Origin: an uncultured Gammaproteobacteria bacterium
GTDB lineage: Bacteria > Patescibacteriota > Microgenomatia > Daviesbacterales > UBA10151
Length of the DNA: 64,000 bases
Reading direction: 5' to 3'
Assembly: GCA_964523905.1 (NCBI GenBank)
Contig: CAZFYQ010000005.1
Span: forward strand, 10,299-74,298
Shown: one piece after another, positions 54,841 to 64,000 of the stretch
Layout: every line of letters begins with the position of its first letter
How positions within the stretch are numbered: the stretch's first letter is position 1
Position numbers and translations under genes: made by a program
The notes under the pieces: model-generated
The model's input: only the letters and a program-made list of their open reading frames with translations
Told to the model about the DNA's origin: nothing
The model's database searches: none

Positions 54841-56301
54841 TTATGGTTCCGGGTCAGTAGCAGTTAACGGATGTTCAATTACAGTTAGATCAGCAATTAC
54901 AAATCCCGGAGTATTTTCCAGGATTTTGAAATGCCGAATTACCCAGTTAGTCTTATCATCTTTGCTTACTGAAACAAAACTCGTCACACCATAATCTGCC
55001 ACTAAATCAGTTAGTGGCAACGGCGTAAACGGGAAACCAACCCGATTGGTTTGATACAAAAAAGCCGTGTCTCCGTTATACGGGGCCACAACGACCGCAT
55101 CCGTTGGTAAAATTTTATCAGCCTCTTTTCCAGCATCCACAATCACTCCATTATTAATCTGATAAAAACCCTTCACCTGAGTATAGGTGAAGTAAAAAGC
55201 TAAAGGCAGAAAAAGTAAGGCTAAAATAATAGTCCAAAATCTTGGTAGAAATTCCTTGATCCCTTTGATTAAATAAACAAAACCTAAGGTTAAAAAAACC
55301 GCGGCAATCGGCACAAAAATATATTGATAATAATTATGTTGCACGTTGCCGGTTGCAAAAATTACAAAATATCCAAAAAAAGATAGCAGCCAAACATGAA
55401 AAAAGTAATTACGGTCTTTTGGCTTAATAATTACACCAATTACAAAAAGCACTAAACCGGTTGCACCAAGTATCTCCTGTCCCAGTCTTTCACCAATAAT
55501 CCACCACCAAAAAGCCGGACGGAAACGAATGCCATTAGAATTTAGCAGCCAACTGGATGCCGGAATTCCCTCTGGATGATTTAAAATCCAAAGCCGCCAA
55601 ATAATAAATGGCAAAACAGCTAAAACAAATGGCCAAATATATTTTAAACTTTTTTTAAAACTGCCTTCTTTTCTTAACACCGAATACAGCAAAGGTGGCA
55701 CGAAAAAAATCGCCCAAGGCTTTATTAAAAATGCTACCATTGTAAAAATAAAACCCCATCCTCCCCATTGTCTTTTGTCCGTGATCCAGGAATCGACAAA
55801 GTAAATCATTCCTAAAGAAAAAAATAAAAAGGTCGGTTCGGGTAAGGTAGTTCTGGAAAAGTAAATATTAAACGGCAATAGTCCATAAATTAATGCAATT
55901 AAAAGTCCTTTTAAAACTCCCAAATATTTCCGGGAAATTAAATACAAAAAGATAATACTGCCTAAAGAAAAAAGCACCGAGACCAACCGGGAATATTTAT
56001 CCATTGCTCCAAAAAATAAAAAAATAAGATAAACCGCCATGTTGTAAATAGGAAACTCCACAAAGCGATAGTGATTAAAATTAATAATTGGATGCTCAGA
56101 AATACCTGACATATCATCAAATTTGGGTAAAAATGGATTGAACCCATATTTTAGGAAGTTTCTGGTCACTCCTGCTGTGTCTGCTTGTCTCCAGGAATGC
56201 CAATCAGCAATTGGTGAATCAATTTTATAAAGCCTAACTATCAAGGAGACCAGTAAAATTAAAAGTAGCCAAAAATATTGGTTTTTAAAAACTTTTATCA
56301 T
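54841..56301 (-). CDS. GT-C family membrane glycosyltransferase (GT39/ArnT/PMT-like)
   Basis: About 12 TM helices. N-terminal RLYKIDSPIADWHSWRQADTAGVTRNF resembles the ArnT/PMT_2 loop motif. The ORF track allows a start at 56340. Confidence 0.65.
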   Translation of the reverse strand: MIKVFKNQYFWLLLILLVSLIVRLYKIDSPIADWHSWRQADTAGVTRNFLKYGFNPFLPKFDDMSGISEHPIINFNHYRFVEFPIYNMAVYLIFLFFGAMDKYSRLVSVLFSLGSIIFLYLISRKYLGVLKGLLIALIYGLLPFNIYFSRTTLPEPTFLFFSLGMIYFVDSWITDKRQWGGWGFIFTMVAFLIKPWAIFFVPPLLYSVLRKEGSFKKSLKYIWPFVLAVLPFIIWRLWILNHPEGIPASSWLLNSNGIRFRPAFWWWIIGERLGQEILGATGLVLFVIGVIIKPKDRNYFFHVWLLSFFGYFVIFATGNVQHNYYQYIFVPIAAVFLTLGFVYLIKGIKEFLPRFWTIILALLFLPLAFYFTYTQVKGFYQINNGVIVDAGKEADKILPTDAVVVAPYNGDTAFLYQTNRVGFPFTPLPLTDLVADYGVTSFVSVSKDDKTNWVIRHFKILENTPGFVIADLTVIEHPLTATDPEP

Positions 56302-57713
56302 AATTCTCTTCCAGCCAATCCCAATCCTAGCATTAACCAAAACAAAGAGGCCACTTTTGATGCTTCCAAAACATCAATAAACATCCCGTTAATAATAAAG
56401 GCAATCATCATTGCAAATACCCCGACAGAAAAATAACGAATTAATTTACTTTCACTTTTAATATCATTTAATAATCTTTTTCCAACGGCAATAAGAACCA
56501 GTAACAGCGCCCAAGTCCCCAAAATTCCCACCTCCCCCAAAGACCTTAAAAAATCATTATCTGTGGCGATATCAATTGATGAATAACCAGTTCCCAAAAA
56601 TGGGTTTTTGGTAAAAGCTGCAATCGCCCTTGGCCATTCAATATTTAACCGAATTTCAAATGAACGAAAAACTCCCAGTTGAGTTGTATCAATTGGTTCA
56701 CCTGGTGCAATATCTGTTGCTACACCAGCAGAATGAGTGGCAAAAGTAGCAGTATTGGCCGAAGTACTGGATGTTTTTACAGCCAACGTTGGAATGTTTA
56801 ATTTACTGCGAATTTGTTGATCCTGAGTTTTTCCAGTATACCTTTGCCCTAAGTTAAACAAATTAACAGTCACAGTAGAGACTAGTCTATCCCGCAACTG
56901 GGAAGGATATAACAAGATTACTACTGCTGCGACAACAAATAATAGAATATATTTTTTCTGTTTTCCTAAGATAAGTACCAAAATCATCCCTGCCAAAGCC
57001 GCAAAAAAGGATTGCCTAGCAGCAGTCATAATCAACAAAAATAATGACAAACCGCCCAAAAGAATTACCGGGAACCTAAATCGTTTTTTGAGAACAAAAA
57101 AAAGCGCTGTTAAAACCGTAATTGCCATGGCCAAAAAGATTGCCAAATCATAATGTCCGGCAAAAGTAGAATTAACTCTGGCATCCGGTGTTAGCCGTAA
57201 AATTTGTCCTTTTGAAAATTCAGAATTAGTTGTAGAAATAACTGGCCAGTCCAGATATATTTGTCCCAGTCCATATACATTAACTGCCAAAATTGTCGCA
57301 GCTAAAACCAAAAGGATAATCACCACATCTTTTTTCTTTCGCACCACTGAAACCACCACAGGCAAAAGTATCATAAATTCTACTCTTCTTAAAAAATGTA
57401 AAAAGCCCAGATGTGGCACGACTGTATGAGTTAAAAAAATTGCCGAGAAAGTCGACACCAGTCCTACAAAAAAGAACAGCAAAATTGTTTGGTTAAGTCG
57501 GTCTTTAAATAAACTGACTAAAGTACCTGTTAACAACACATTAATCCCCCACAGTAAAATAGCAATTGCAATTAAAATATCCTCCAAACGAATTGCCACA
57601 AAAGTTCCTGAGACATTAAATAAAGGAAATTTAGGATATAGCGGAATAAAAGCAAAAATAAAAGTAACAAACCAGTAAAGAAATTTGTTTAAAAAATTAT
57701 TGAATTTATTCAT
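56298..57713 (-). CDS. O-antigen ligase/polymerase (Wzy-like) family membrane protein
   Basis: 471 aa and polytopic. The LIMTAARQSFFAALAGMILV segment resembles the O-antigen ligase domain. Confidence 0.6.
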   Translation of the reverse strand: MNKFNNFLNKFLYWFVTFIFAFIPLYPKFPLFNVSGTFVAIRLEDILIAIAILLWGINVLLTGTLVSLFKDRLNQTILLFFFVGLVSTFSAIFLTHTVVPHLGFLHFLRRVEFMILLPVVVSVVRKKKDVVIILLVLAATILAVNVYGLGQIYLDWPVISTTNSEFSKGQILRLTPDARVNSTFAGHYDLAIFLAMAITVLTALFFVLKKRFRFPVILLGGLSLFLLIMTAARQSFFAALAGMILVLILGKQKKYILLFVVAAVVILLYPSQLRDRLVSTVTVNLFNLGQRYTGKTQDQQIRSKLNIPTLAVKTSSTSANTATFATHSAGVATDIAPGEPIDTTQLGVFRSFEIRLNIEWPRAIAAFTKNPFLGTGYSSIDIATDNDFLRSLGEVGILGTWALLLVLIAVGKRLLNDIKSESKLIRYFSVGVFAMMIAFIINGMFIDVLEASKVASLFWLMLGLGLAGREL

Positions 57714-58257
57714 GTTTAAAAATCACTATCTTGCTTAAAACATACAGTAAAAAAACCGATGCCGTAATTCCCAGCCAAACCAAAAGTCTTATTAACAGGC
57801 TCGAGGGATAGAATCGCATTGTTACTTTAGTTGACCAGTGGTCACCATTTTGCACAAAATCAGTTGCCCCCCAAAATTTTGGAGTACCGTCCTGATAAAA
57901 AGGTTCAAAACCATTAACATAAATTGAGTCCCTAAGAGGATAAACAAACTCTTCAATATAGGTACTATCAGTATACTTTTTTATCGCAATCCAGGCATAT
58001 TCCGGAGGGCGATTAATCACAATTGGTGGAAATGGCAAGCCGGTTCTTGTTTGATAAAAGTGCTCATAAAAAGGAATGACAAAATCACGGTAGTTATTGG
58101 AAAAATACCCAGCCACATTAGGTATCTGTATGGTGTCCCCCTCTAATGTTGATTTATCAGACTTGGGTAAAGCCGGAAAATCGGAAATTCTGCCCGGGCC
58201 TGACCAGATCATATAAACCAATAAAACTATTGAAAATGTAATAAAAATATATTTCAT
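57706..58257 (-). CDS. hypothetical protein with N- and C-terminal TM helices
   Basis: 183 aa with no recognisable family. Flanking overlaps indicate it is co-transcribed within the polysaccharide cluster. Confidence 0.45.
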   Translation of the reverse strand: MKYIFITFSIVLLVYMIWSGPGRISDFPALPKSDKSTLEGDTIQIPNVAGYFSNNYRDFVIPFYEHFYQTRTGLPFPPIVINRPPEYAWIAIKKYTDSTYIEEFVYPLRDSIYVNGFEPFYQDGTPKFWGATDFVQNGDHWSTKVTMRFYPSSLLIRLLVWLGITASVFLLYVLSKIVIFKHE

Positions 58258-58856
58258 TGAAACCAGCGAGCCCTACCCAACTTGTAATGCGGATCTTTTA
58301 ATTTTCTCTCCCCTATGACTTTGGCAGGCACCCCACCAACAATAGCAAATTCTGCCACATCTTCCACTACTACAGCAGCAGCAGCTACAATAGCGCCCTT
58401 TCCAATAGTCACACCTGGTAAAATAATCGCCCTTGGCCCAATGAATACGTAATCATCAATCACTACTGGTGCCAAAACTGCTTTAAAATCCTCCGCGCTA
58501 ATGTCATGCTCGGAATTATAAATTAACACATCTGAGGCAATATCCACATGATTTCCAATAATTAAACTGTCCCGACCATCTAAAAAGACATTTTTGCCAA
58601 TTAAAGTATCTGTCCCAATACGAACTTTTTTTAAAGAAAAAAAACTGCCACCCATATGAATACTGGTTCCTGAACCAATTTTGGCTCCGGCCAGTCTATA
58701 AAGTAGCCGACGCAGGTGATGTAAGGGCAAATAGCTAAGGATATTTATCACAAACAAAGCTAAATCAGCTAAATAATTATAAAGTCGGTTAGCAATCTTA
58801 CCTGAAGCCTCCTCAGAAGATAATTCCCTACCATTACGATCATAAAAAACAGCCAT
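58254..58856 (-). CDS. hexapeptide-repeat (LbH) sugar O-acetyltransferase
   Basis: Repeated [LIV]GxxxxI hexapeptides ([29 protein letters not shown]...[26 protein letters not shown]). Confidence 0.8.
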   Translation of the reverse strand: MAVFYDRNGRELSSEEASGKIANRLYNYLADLALFVINILSYLPLHHLRRLLYRLAGAKIGSGTSIHMGGSFFSLKKVRIGTDTLIGKNVFLDGRDSLIIGNHVDIASDVLIYNSEHDISAEDFKAVLAPVVIDDYVFIGPRAIILPGVTIGKGAIVAAAAVVVEDVAEFAIVGGVPAKVIGERKLKDPHYKLGRARWFQ

Positions 58857-58960
58857 ACCTACTAATTATATGGAGAATCCACACCATAAGCAAACCCTAC
58901 CATAGCTCTCGATCCTATAGTTTCTGGTAATCTCCCTAATTTTTTGTATAATACTCCTCT

Positions 58961-59374
58961 ATGGTTAGCGAATCTTTATTTAGTAAGCTAGAAACTGATG
59001 CTCAAGAAGCTGCAGATCTTGCATACCGGGCAGTCTCAAAAGGTTATGGTGTTCCTGTAGACCTAATATTTCGTCAAGCAGGATTCTGCTTCTCAGTAAG
59101 TAAAGATATGGTGGAAACTCTGCATAAAATGAATCGTAATGCTTATCTCTTAGAAGCAAACGGAAGAGGTCACTTTAATGTTGAACTTGAGGCTTTGTTT
59201 CTTACTGATGCTACATGGCAACAATTTTTGGGATTGAACCCTTCCGATCCAAGCCCTGCACTCGCACCTAAAGTTTTAATAGGACTTCGATCCGAAATCC
59301 CTGTAATACTTAGACGATTTAGTACTCCTGATTATGCAATATCTCTAATAACTAAAACACATATATTTCGTTAG
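58961..59374 (+). CDS. hypothetical protein
   Basis: 137-aa plus-strand ORF embedded in the minus-strand polysaccharide cluster. No recognisable family. Confidence 0.4.
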   Translation: MVSESLFSKLETDAQEAADLAYRAVSKGYGVPVDLIFRQAGFCFSVSKDMVETLHKMNRNAYLLEANGRGHFNVELEALFLTDATWQQFLGLNPSDPSPALAPKVLIGLRSEIPVILRRFSTPDYAISLITKTHIFR

Positions 59375-59404
59375 GCGCAGTTTAAGTAAGAGTATAATGA
59401 GGTT

Positions 59405-59770
59405 ATGAGAAACCTCGAACCTAAAATATATAGGCAAAGGCTTATTATTGAGGGTCACTACACACGAAAAGTCGTCGATGGTGAAATAATCAGAGATTAC
59501 TTGGCAGAATTGTCAAAAGTTTTAGAAATGAGGATATTTTCTGGCCCCTTTTCCTGGCCTCCTGACAAATGGGATCACCCAGAAGTTCCACTATTCGAGC
59601 TAAATGGATTTGTTGCCTGGACAGAATCAGGGGCACACGTTTATGCCTGGAGAAAAGTTAAATTTTTTACCTCCGATATTTATAGTTGCAAACCTTTTAA
59701 TTCTAAAAAAGTTATTAAGTTTACTAAAGATTTTTTTATGTCTGAAGATTTGGTTCAACAAGAGATATAA
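59405..59770 (+). CDS. possible S-adenosylmethionine decarboxylase-like (SpeH/SpeD pyruvoyl family) small protein
   Basis: The WTESGAHVYAW segment resembles the SpeH/SpeD self-cleavage and active-site region (ES|H...H.W.E). Length 121 aa is typical of the bacterial small form. Tentative. Confidence 0.35.
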   Translation: MRNLEPKIYRQRLIIEGHYTRKVVDGEIIRDYLAELSKVLEMRIFSGPFSWPPDKWDHPEVPLFELNGFVAWTESGAHVYAWRKVKFFTSDIYSCKPFNSKKVIKFTKDFFMSEDLVQQEI

Positions 59771-59784
59771 ATATTAGCCACTGG

Positions 59785-60933
59785 CTAAACTAACAGCACC
59801 TTTAATAATTCCTTGGCAGCTTTTTCCCAAGAAAATTTTTGGGCTTGAATTAGTCCCAGTTTTGAATATTTTTGTCGGAGTTTATGATCTGTTACCATAA
59901 CCCTGATGGCTTGTTCAATTTGATCAATTGAATAAGGATTAATTAAGATCCCGGCATTGCCTACTACTTCCGGCAATGATGACACATTGGAGACTATCAC
60001 TGGAGTACCTGTTGCCATTGCCTCTGCAACTGGGATACCAAATCCTTCATACAAAGAAGGTAGAATAAAAGCTTCTGCACCAGATAGCAAATGCACTAAA
60101 TCATAAGTTTCCACAAAACCCGGAAACTTGACCCGATCTTCAACCTGAAGTCTTTTAGGAGTTGCCAGAATTTCTTCAAATTTCCACCCCTGTTGACCTT
60201 CTCCGGTAGTCTTACCAGCTATTACCAACTGCAAATTCCCTTCAATCCTAGCAAATGCTTCAGTTAATCTCACCAGATTTTTCCTAGGCTGAATTGTTCC
60301 TATATATATAATGTAGTTATTTTTTATTTGATATTTTTTCTTAGCTTCTTCAATTTTAACTTTTTCATTCTCGCTGGAAAAAGAACCATTCTTTTTTTTC
60401 ATTTTAAACTTTGTTTGATCAAAACCCGGATAAATTACAGTAACTTTTTCTTTAGCCAAATGATAATCTTGCAAAATATCCTTTTTGGAGGAGTTGGAAA
60501 TAGTTACTATCTGATCTGCATTTTCCGCTGTAAATTTAGTGCCATTAGTTAACTGCCATAAATCTTTTTTTTCAAACATTTCGGGAAAATGTAAAAAAGA
60601 CATATCAAAAATAGTGGCGATTTTCTTTACCGAACTTGGTGCAAATCGAGGAATATAATGTGTTGGTGAGAAAAAAACATCCGGTTTATCTTTACTTAAA
60701 AATAATTCCTTAGGCAAAGCAATTTTGGTCCACAATTTTTTGGGTTTTAAAATTTTATACTGCCAATTAGTCCGGGGCTTTGGTAAATCACCCAAAGGAT
60801 CTGATGGCAATAAAATTGTGTAGCTGTTTTTCCGGTCCAGTTTTTCTAAATGATTAATCAATTCATAAGCCCACTGGGAAGATCCTAAGCGTTGTTTTAC
60901 ATTAGCCTCATATCCATCAATCCAAATTTTCAT
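59785..60933 (-). CDS. glycosyltransferase family 4
   Basis: [30 protein letters not shown] is the GT4 signature. Confidence 0.85.
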   Translation of the reverse strand: MKIWIDGYEANVKQRLGSSQWAYELINHLEKLDRKNSYTILLPSDPLGDLPKPRTNWQYKILKPKKLWTKIALPKELFLSKDKPDVFFSPTHYIPRFAPSSVKKIATIFDMSFLHFPEMFEKKDLWQLTNGTKFTAENADQIVTISNSSKKDILQDYHLAKEKVTVIYPGFDQTKFKMKKKNGSFSSENEKVKIEEAKKKYQIKNNYIIYIGTIQPRKNLVRLTEAFARIEGNLQLVIAGKTTGEGQQGWKFEEILATPKRLQVEDRVKFPGFVETYDLVHLLSGAEAFILPSLYEGFGIPVAEAMATGTPVIVSNVSSLPEVVGNAGILINPYSIDQIEQAIRVMVTDHKLRQKYSKLGLIQAQKFSWEKAAKELLKVLLV

Positions 60934-61946
60934 CGCATTAATTCCTTATATACCTCAAAGGTTTCCTTAGCATTTTTCTCCCAGGAGAATTTTTTCACCT
61001 GCTCTAAACCTTTCTTGACTAAATCTGTTCTTAGATTTTGATCATTCATTATTTCAGTTAACTTTTCTTTGATATCATCGATATTCCTTGGATTAACATA
61101 CAATGCTGCATTCCCACCCACCTCTGGCATTGAAGAAATGTTAGAAGTAATCACCGGTACTCCACAAGCCATGGAATCGACTATCGGCAAACCAAAGCCC
61201 TCATACAACGAACAGTAAACTAAAACCGTGGCTGATCCAAATAATAATTCTAGCTCTTCAATAGTTAACCAAGGAATAGTTTGTCCGGCAATCACCAAAT
61301 GATAATCTTTGGCTGCTTCTTTAATGCGGTCCAAATTTCTTCTTTCTCCAATGCCACCAATTGCCAACACGAAGTTTTCCGGTAAATTATATTTTTCCTT
61401 AAATTGTTTAATTTTTACATCAGTCGATGGTTTAAAATCTGCAGTCGCTCCTTCATAAATTACTTTAATTTTATCCTCTGGAATAGATGAAACTTCCATT
61501 AAATCTTTTTTCGTAGACTCTGAAACCGCAATTACCATATCAATTTCCTCTTGTACTAATTGCAGTCTTCTCTTATGCACTGCCACAATTTTAGGATGAG
61601 ACCACTCAGGATATTTTATCGGCACTAAATCATGATAAGTAGTTACCTTCTTGGCCTTGGAAGGAGGCTGAATCCAATCGCTAGAATGAAATACATCAAT
61701 TGGTCCAATAAACTTTTCAATTGGGACATTTCTCCAGCGATTAAACAGCATTTCAAACAAAGATGGCGGTAGTTTGTATTTCTTGACATGTTTTAAGGAT
61801 CCTTTGTAGGGTTTTCTAAGTGATGAATAAAAATATGCCATTTCTAAATCATTAAGTTTTGACAATTGTTCCGTTAGATTCCGGGTATAGGTATTCACTC
61901 CCCCTAGATGAGCTAATTGTGAGATATCCATCCCAACGCGTAACAT
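60930..61946 (-). CDS. glycosyltransferase family 4
   Basis: EGFGLPIVDSMACGVPVITSNISSMPEVGG is the GT4 signature. Confidence 0.85.
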   Translation of the reverse strand: MLRVGMDISQLAHLGGVNTYTRNLTEQLSKLNDLEMAYFYSSLRKPYKGSLKHVKKYKLPPSLFEMLFNRWRNVPIEKFIGPIDVFHSSDWIQPPSKAKKVTTYHDLVPIKYPEWSHPKIVAVHKRRLQLVQEEIDMVIAVSESTKKDLMEVSSIPEDKIKVIYEGATADFKPSTDVKIKQFKEKYNLPENFVLAIGGIGERRNLDRIKEAAKDYHLVIAGQTIPWLTIEELELLFGSATVLVYCSLYEGFGLPIVDSMACGVPVITSNISSMPEVGGNAALYVNPRNIDDIKEKLTEIMNDQNLRTDLVKKGLEQVKKFSWEKNAKETFEVYKELMR

Positions 61947-61963
61947 GAATTAATTGTAGCAGA

Positions 61964-63328
61964 TTAAGGGACTTTGCGGCGCATAATTTGCGTTGTCCCA
62001 ACCTGATCTATTAGCTGATAATTTTCATTAATGTATTGATCAATTTCTTTACCGAATTCAGTAATTGGTTGATCCTCAATTTTTACAGTTCGATCAGACA
62101 CAATAATATTTGGCTTATCTTGCTTGATGCCATTTAGTATGCGACCTTCTGCTACTTTAAAAAACCAAGGAAATTGAAATACAAATATATTTCCGGCCGG
62201 CCTGGTTTTAGTCATTTGGTACAGGCCAGGTGAAGCTCCGAAGATAAATATAGTTTGCCCATAATCTGCATAGGAATGAATTTTACTGGCTAATAATTTG
62301 GTTTGTGGGTCAAAAAATAAAACTTGATTACTAATATGGCCTTTGTAAAAAATACCCAACCACCAAACTGCAATTAGCGAATAGGTCAGCAATAAGATTT
62401 TCAGCAACTTTTGATTAAACAACTGATAAATTCCTAAAGTACTGGCCAACAATACGAAAGGAAGCGACGGCTGAAAATGCACAAAATCAGCGCGGTCAAA
62501 AATTCCAGCCATAGACCCCAACAAAAATAACAGCAAAACAATGGCCATTTTTCTGTCCTTTAGGAAAAAAAGTAATAAGCCACCGCTATAAACCAGTAAT
62601 GGTCTGGCAATTAAACCAAAAGTCGTAGGGGCAGTAGTGCCATATTTGGCAAACACCGTTAGATTAAAAACTACAGTCCAATACCAAAAATCCGCTAAAA
62701 CACCAATACTAAATAGATAAAGCAACATTAATCCCACTGGTAAAACCAATCCAGTAATATACCTAAGGACCATCCTTATATCCCTAACCTCCCAAATCAT
62801 CCAAACTAACACTAGTCCTCCCAAAGGAATAAGAGTCTGCTTAAACACTATTCCTAACCCAAGAAATATACCCGTTAAAAAATACTTTTTCCTTAGGTGA
62901 AAATAAAAAGCCGGCAAGAGTAACAATGGTAAAAAGCTATCAATCCATAAAACCCAGCCTTCAAAAAATGGCTGCCATATTAGATATAAAACATTTACCA
63001 GCAGTGCTTTTTTTCTGCTTTTTAAAATTGAGGCAGCAATGAAAAAGAGCAGTAAATGAACAAGGATAATAATTCCCATCGACCAGTATCTGGCAATAAC
63101 TTCATTATTCATTCCTAAATTATCCAAATTTACTGGTAGAAACATCAGCCCTGGGAAATGCTGATCCAAAATCTGAGAATACGGTTTTAATCCATGATTA
63201 GTTAGATAGGGATAAACAAATAATTCCGGGTATGGAAAATAGATTAATTTAGTCAGTATAAAAACATGACCTAAAATAATTATTAAAAGTATGGGTATAG
63301 CAAATTTACCTAACATAATGATAAACAA
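61964..63328 (-). CDS. polytopic membrane protein (GT-C-like, polysaccharide cluster)
   Basis: 454 aa with 10 or more TM helices. No clear signature. Confidence 0.5.
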   Translation of the reverse strand: MFIIMLGKFAIPILLIIILGHVFILTKLIYFPYPELFVYPYLTNHGLKPYSQILDQHFPGLMFLPVNLDNLGMNNEVIARYWSMGIIILVHLLLFFIAASILKSRKKALLVNVLYLIWQPFFEGWVLWIDSFLPLLLLPAFYFHLRKKYFLTGIFLGLGIVFKQTLIPLGGLVLVWMIWEVRDIRMVLRYITGLVLPVGLMLLYLFSIGVLADFWYWTVVFNLTVFAKYGTTAPTTFGLIARPLLVYSGGLLLFFLKDRKMAIVLLLFLLGSMAGIFDRADFVHFQPSLPFVLLASTLGIYQLFNQKLLKILLLTYSLIAVWWLGIFYKGHISNQVLFFDPQTKLLASKIHSYADYGQTIFIFGASPGLYQMTKTRPAGNIFVFQFPWFFKVAEGRILNGIKQDKPNIIVSDRTVKIEDQPITEFGKEIDQYINENYQLIDQVGTTQIMRRKVP

Positions 63329-64000
63329 ATCCTAAACCGTTAAAATCCCGGGTTTCTTTAATTTTATACCCTAATTCATTCAGATTCTGGGCAACTAATC
63401 GATTTGGGTCACTGATTTGCACTAAATAATCTACTAAAAATACATTGCTTGATCCATTGATCATTGCATTTAAATCCTCTATCTCATTACTGTTACGAGC
63501 AGGGAAGGTTTTTAGGGCACCATAAGCCTTGATTCGATTCTTTGCATAGTAATCAAATGGCGGAAAGGTTCCCGAACTTTCAAATAACACTACTGATTGA
63601 TTCTGTATATTTAGAAAATTCACCAGGCCTTTCCAGTTTTCTCTTTGGTAGCTGGGATTAAACAAATAAATTAAACTGGAAAATATTTCTACTGCTGTTA
63701 TCACAACAAAAAAAGTATTCCGCAGATTTCTTTGATAAGAAAAAATTCCCAAGGCAACCAGAATAATAAAAGCTGGCAATATATAAAGCAGTCGAAAGTA
63801 TTCATAAATTGGTATTACCAAAGAAATAAGAGAAGCTAAAATAATTGGTACTACCAGCCAAGAAGATAATAAGTTTTTATAGAAAGTCATGGCTTTTTTA
63901 TAACCCCTTAACAGCAGCCATATAAACAATAGACAAACCGGTATTAGAGCTGAATAATAGATCAGTTTATCCGGATAGCTTATTCTGCCAATAATGAATT
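63306..64000 (-). CDS. polytopic membrane protein, 3' part (ORF continues upstream beyond window end)
   Basis: The reading frame stays open from 63929 to 64000 with no stop (by hand: ...FIIGRISYPDKLIYYSALIPVCLLFIWLLL...), so the listed Met is probably internal. Confidence 0.5.
   Translation of the reverse strand, partial: FIIGRISYPDKLIYYSALIPVCLLFIWLLLRGYKKAMTFYKNLLSSWLVVPIILASLISLVIPIYEYFRLLYILPAFIILVALGIFSYQRNLRNTFFVVITAVEIFSSLIYLFNPSYQRENWKGLVNFLNIQNQSVVLFESSGTFPPFDYYAKNRIKAYGALKTFPARNSNEIEDLNAMINGSSNVFLVDYLVQISDPNRLVAQNLNELGYKIKETRDFNGLGFVYHYVR

Overview
This is an AT-rich bacterial chromosomal window (GC roughly 38-40% by eye) with dense, mostly minus-strand coding. Short Mur enzymes, a DUF4012 protein beside a sugar transferase, a small GIY-YIG gene abutting a tRNA, an eukaryote-like IleRS and many integral-membrane glycosyltransferases suggest a reduced-genome, possibly CPR/Patescibacteria-like organism; that is inference only. 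Gene order: dnaE 5' end (partial); gatC-gatA-(hypothetical)-gatB; DUF192-htpX-SET-LemA-PolX; tRNA-Asp; LysM protein; TPR membrane protein; tRNA-Thr; pterin-4a-carbinolamine dehydratase; hypothetical genes; GIY-YIG nuclease overlapping tRNA-Gly; a surface-polysaccharide block (GT-C membrane protein, O-antigen-ligase-like, GT2, flippase); two small hypotheticals bracketed by 41-nt REP-like elements; tRNA-Val; lepB; parB-rpmA-rplU; SEDS protein; ileS; then a dcw cluster (mraZ-rsmH-ftsL-ftsI ... murE-murB(short)-murA-murF-like-mraY-ftsW ... murG-ftsQ-ftsA-ftsZ); a secreted hypothetical; glyQS; recO; and a second polysaccharide block running off the window (DUF4012, sugar transferase, five GT4, GT39-like, Wzy-like, acetyltransferase). 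The dcw cluster is interrupted twice. One interruption is a RAYT/IS200-like HUH transposase plus an unknown divergent 297-aa gene, bounded by a 42-nt duplication of the ftsI 3' end and carrying REP-like repeats. The other is a mazEF-like toxin-antitoxin pair plus a higher-GC orphan ORF. I saw no CRISPR array and no rRNA. Coordinates for RNA genes and repeats were derived by hand and could be off by a few nt.
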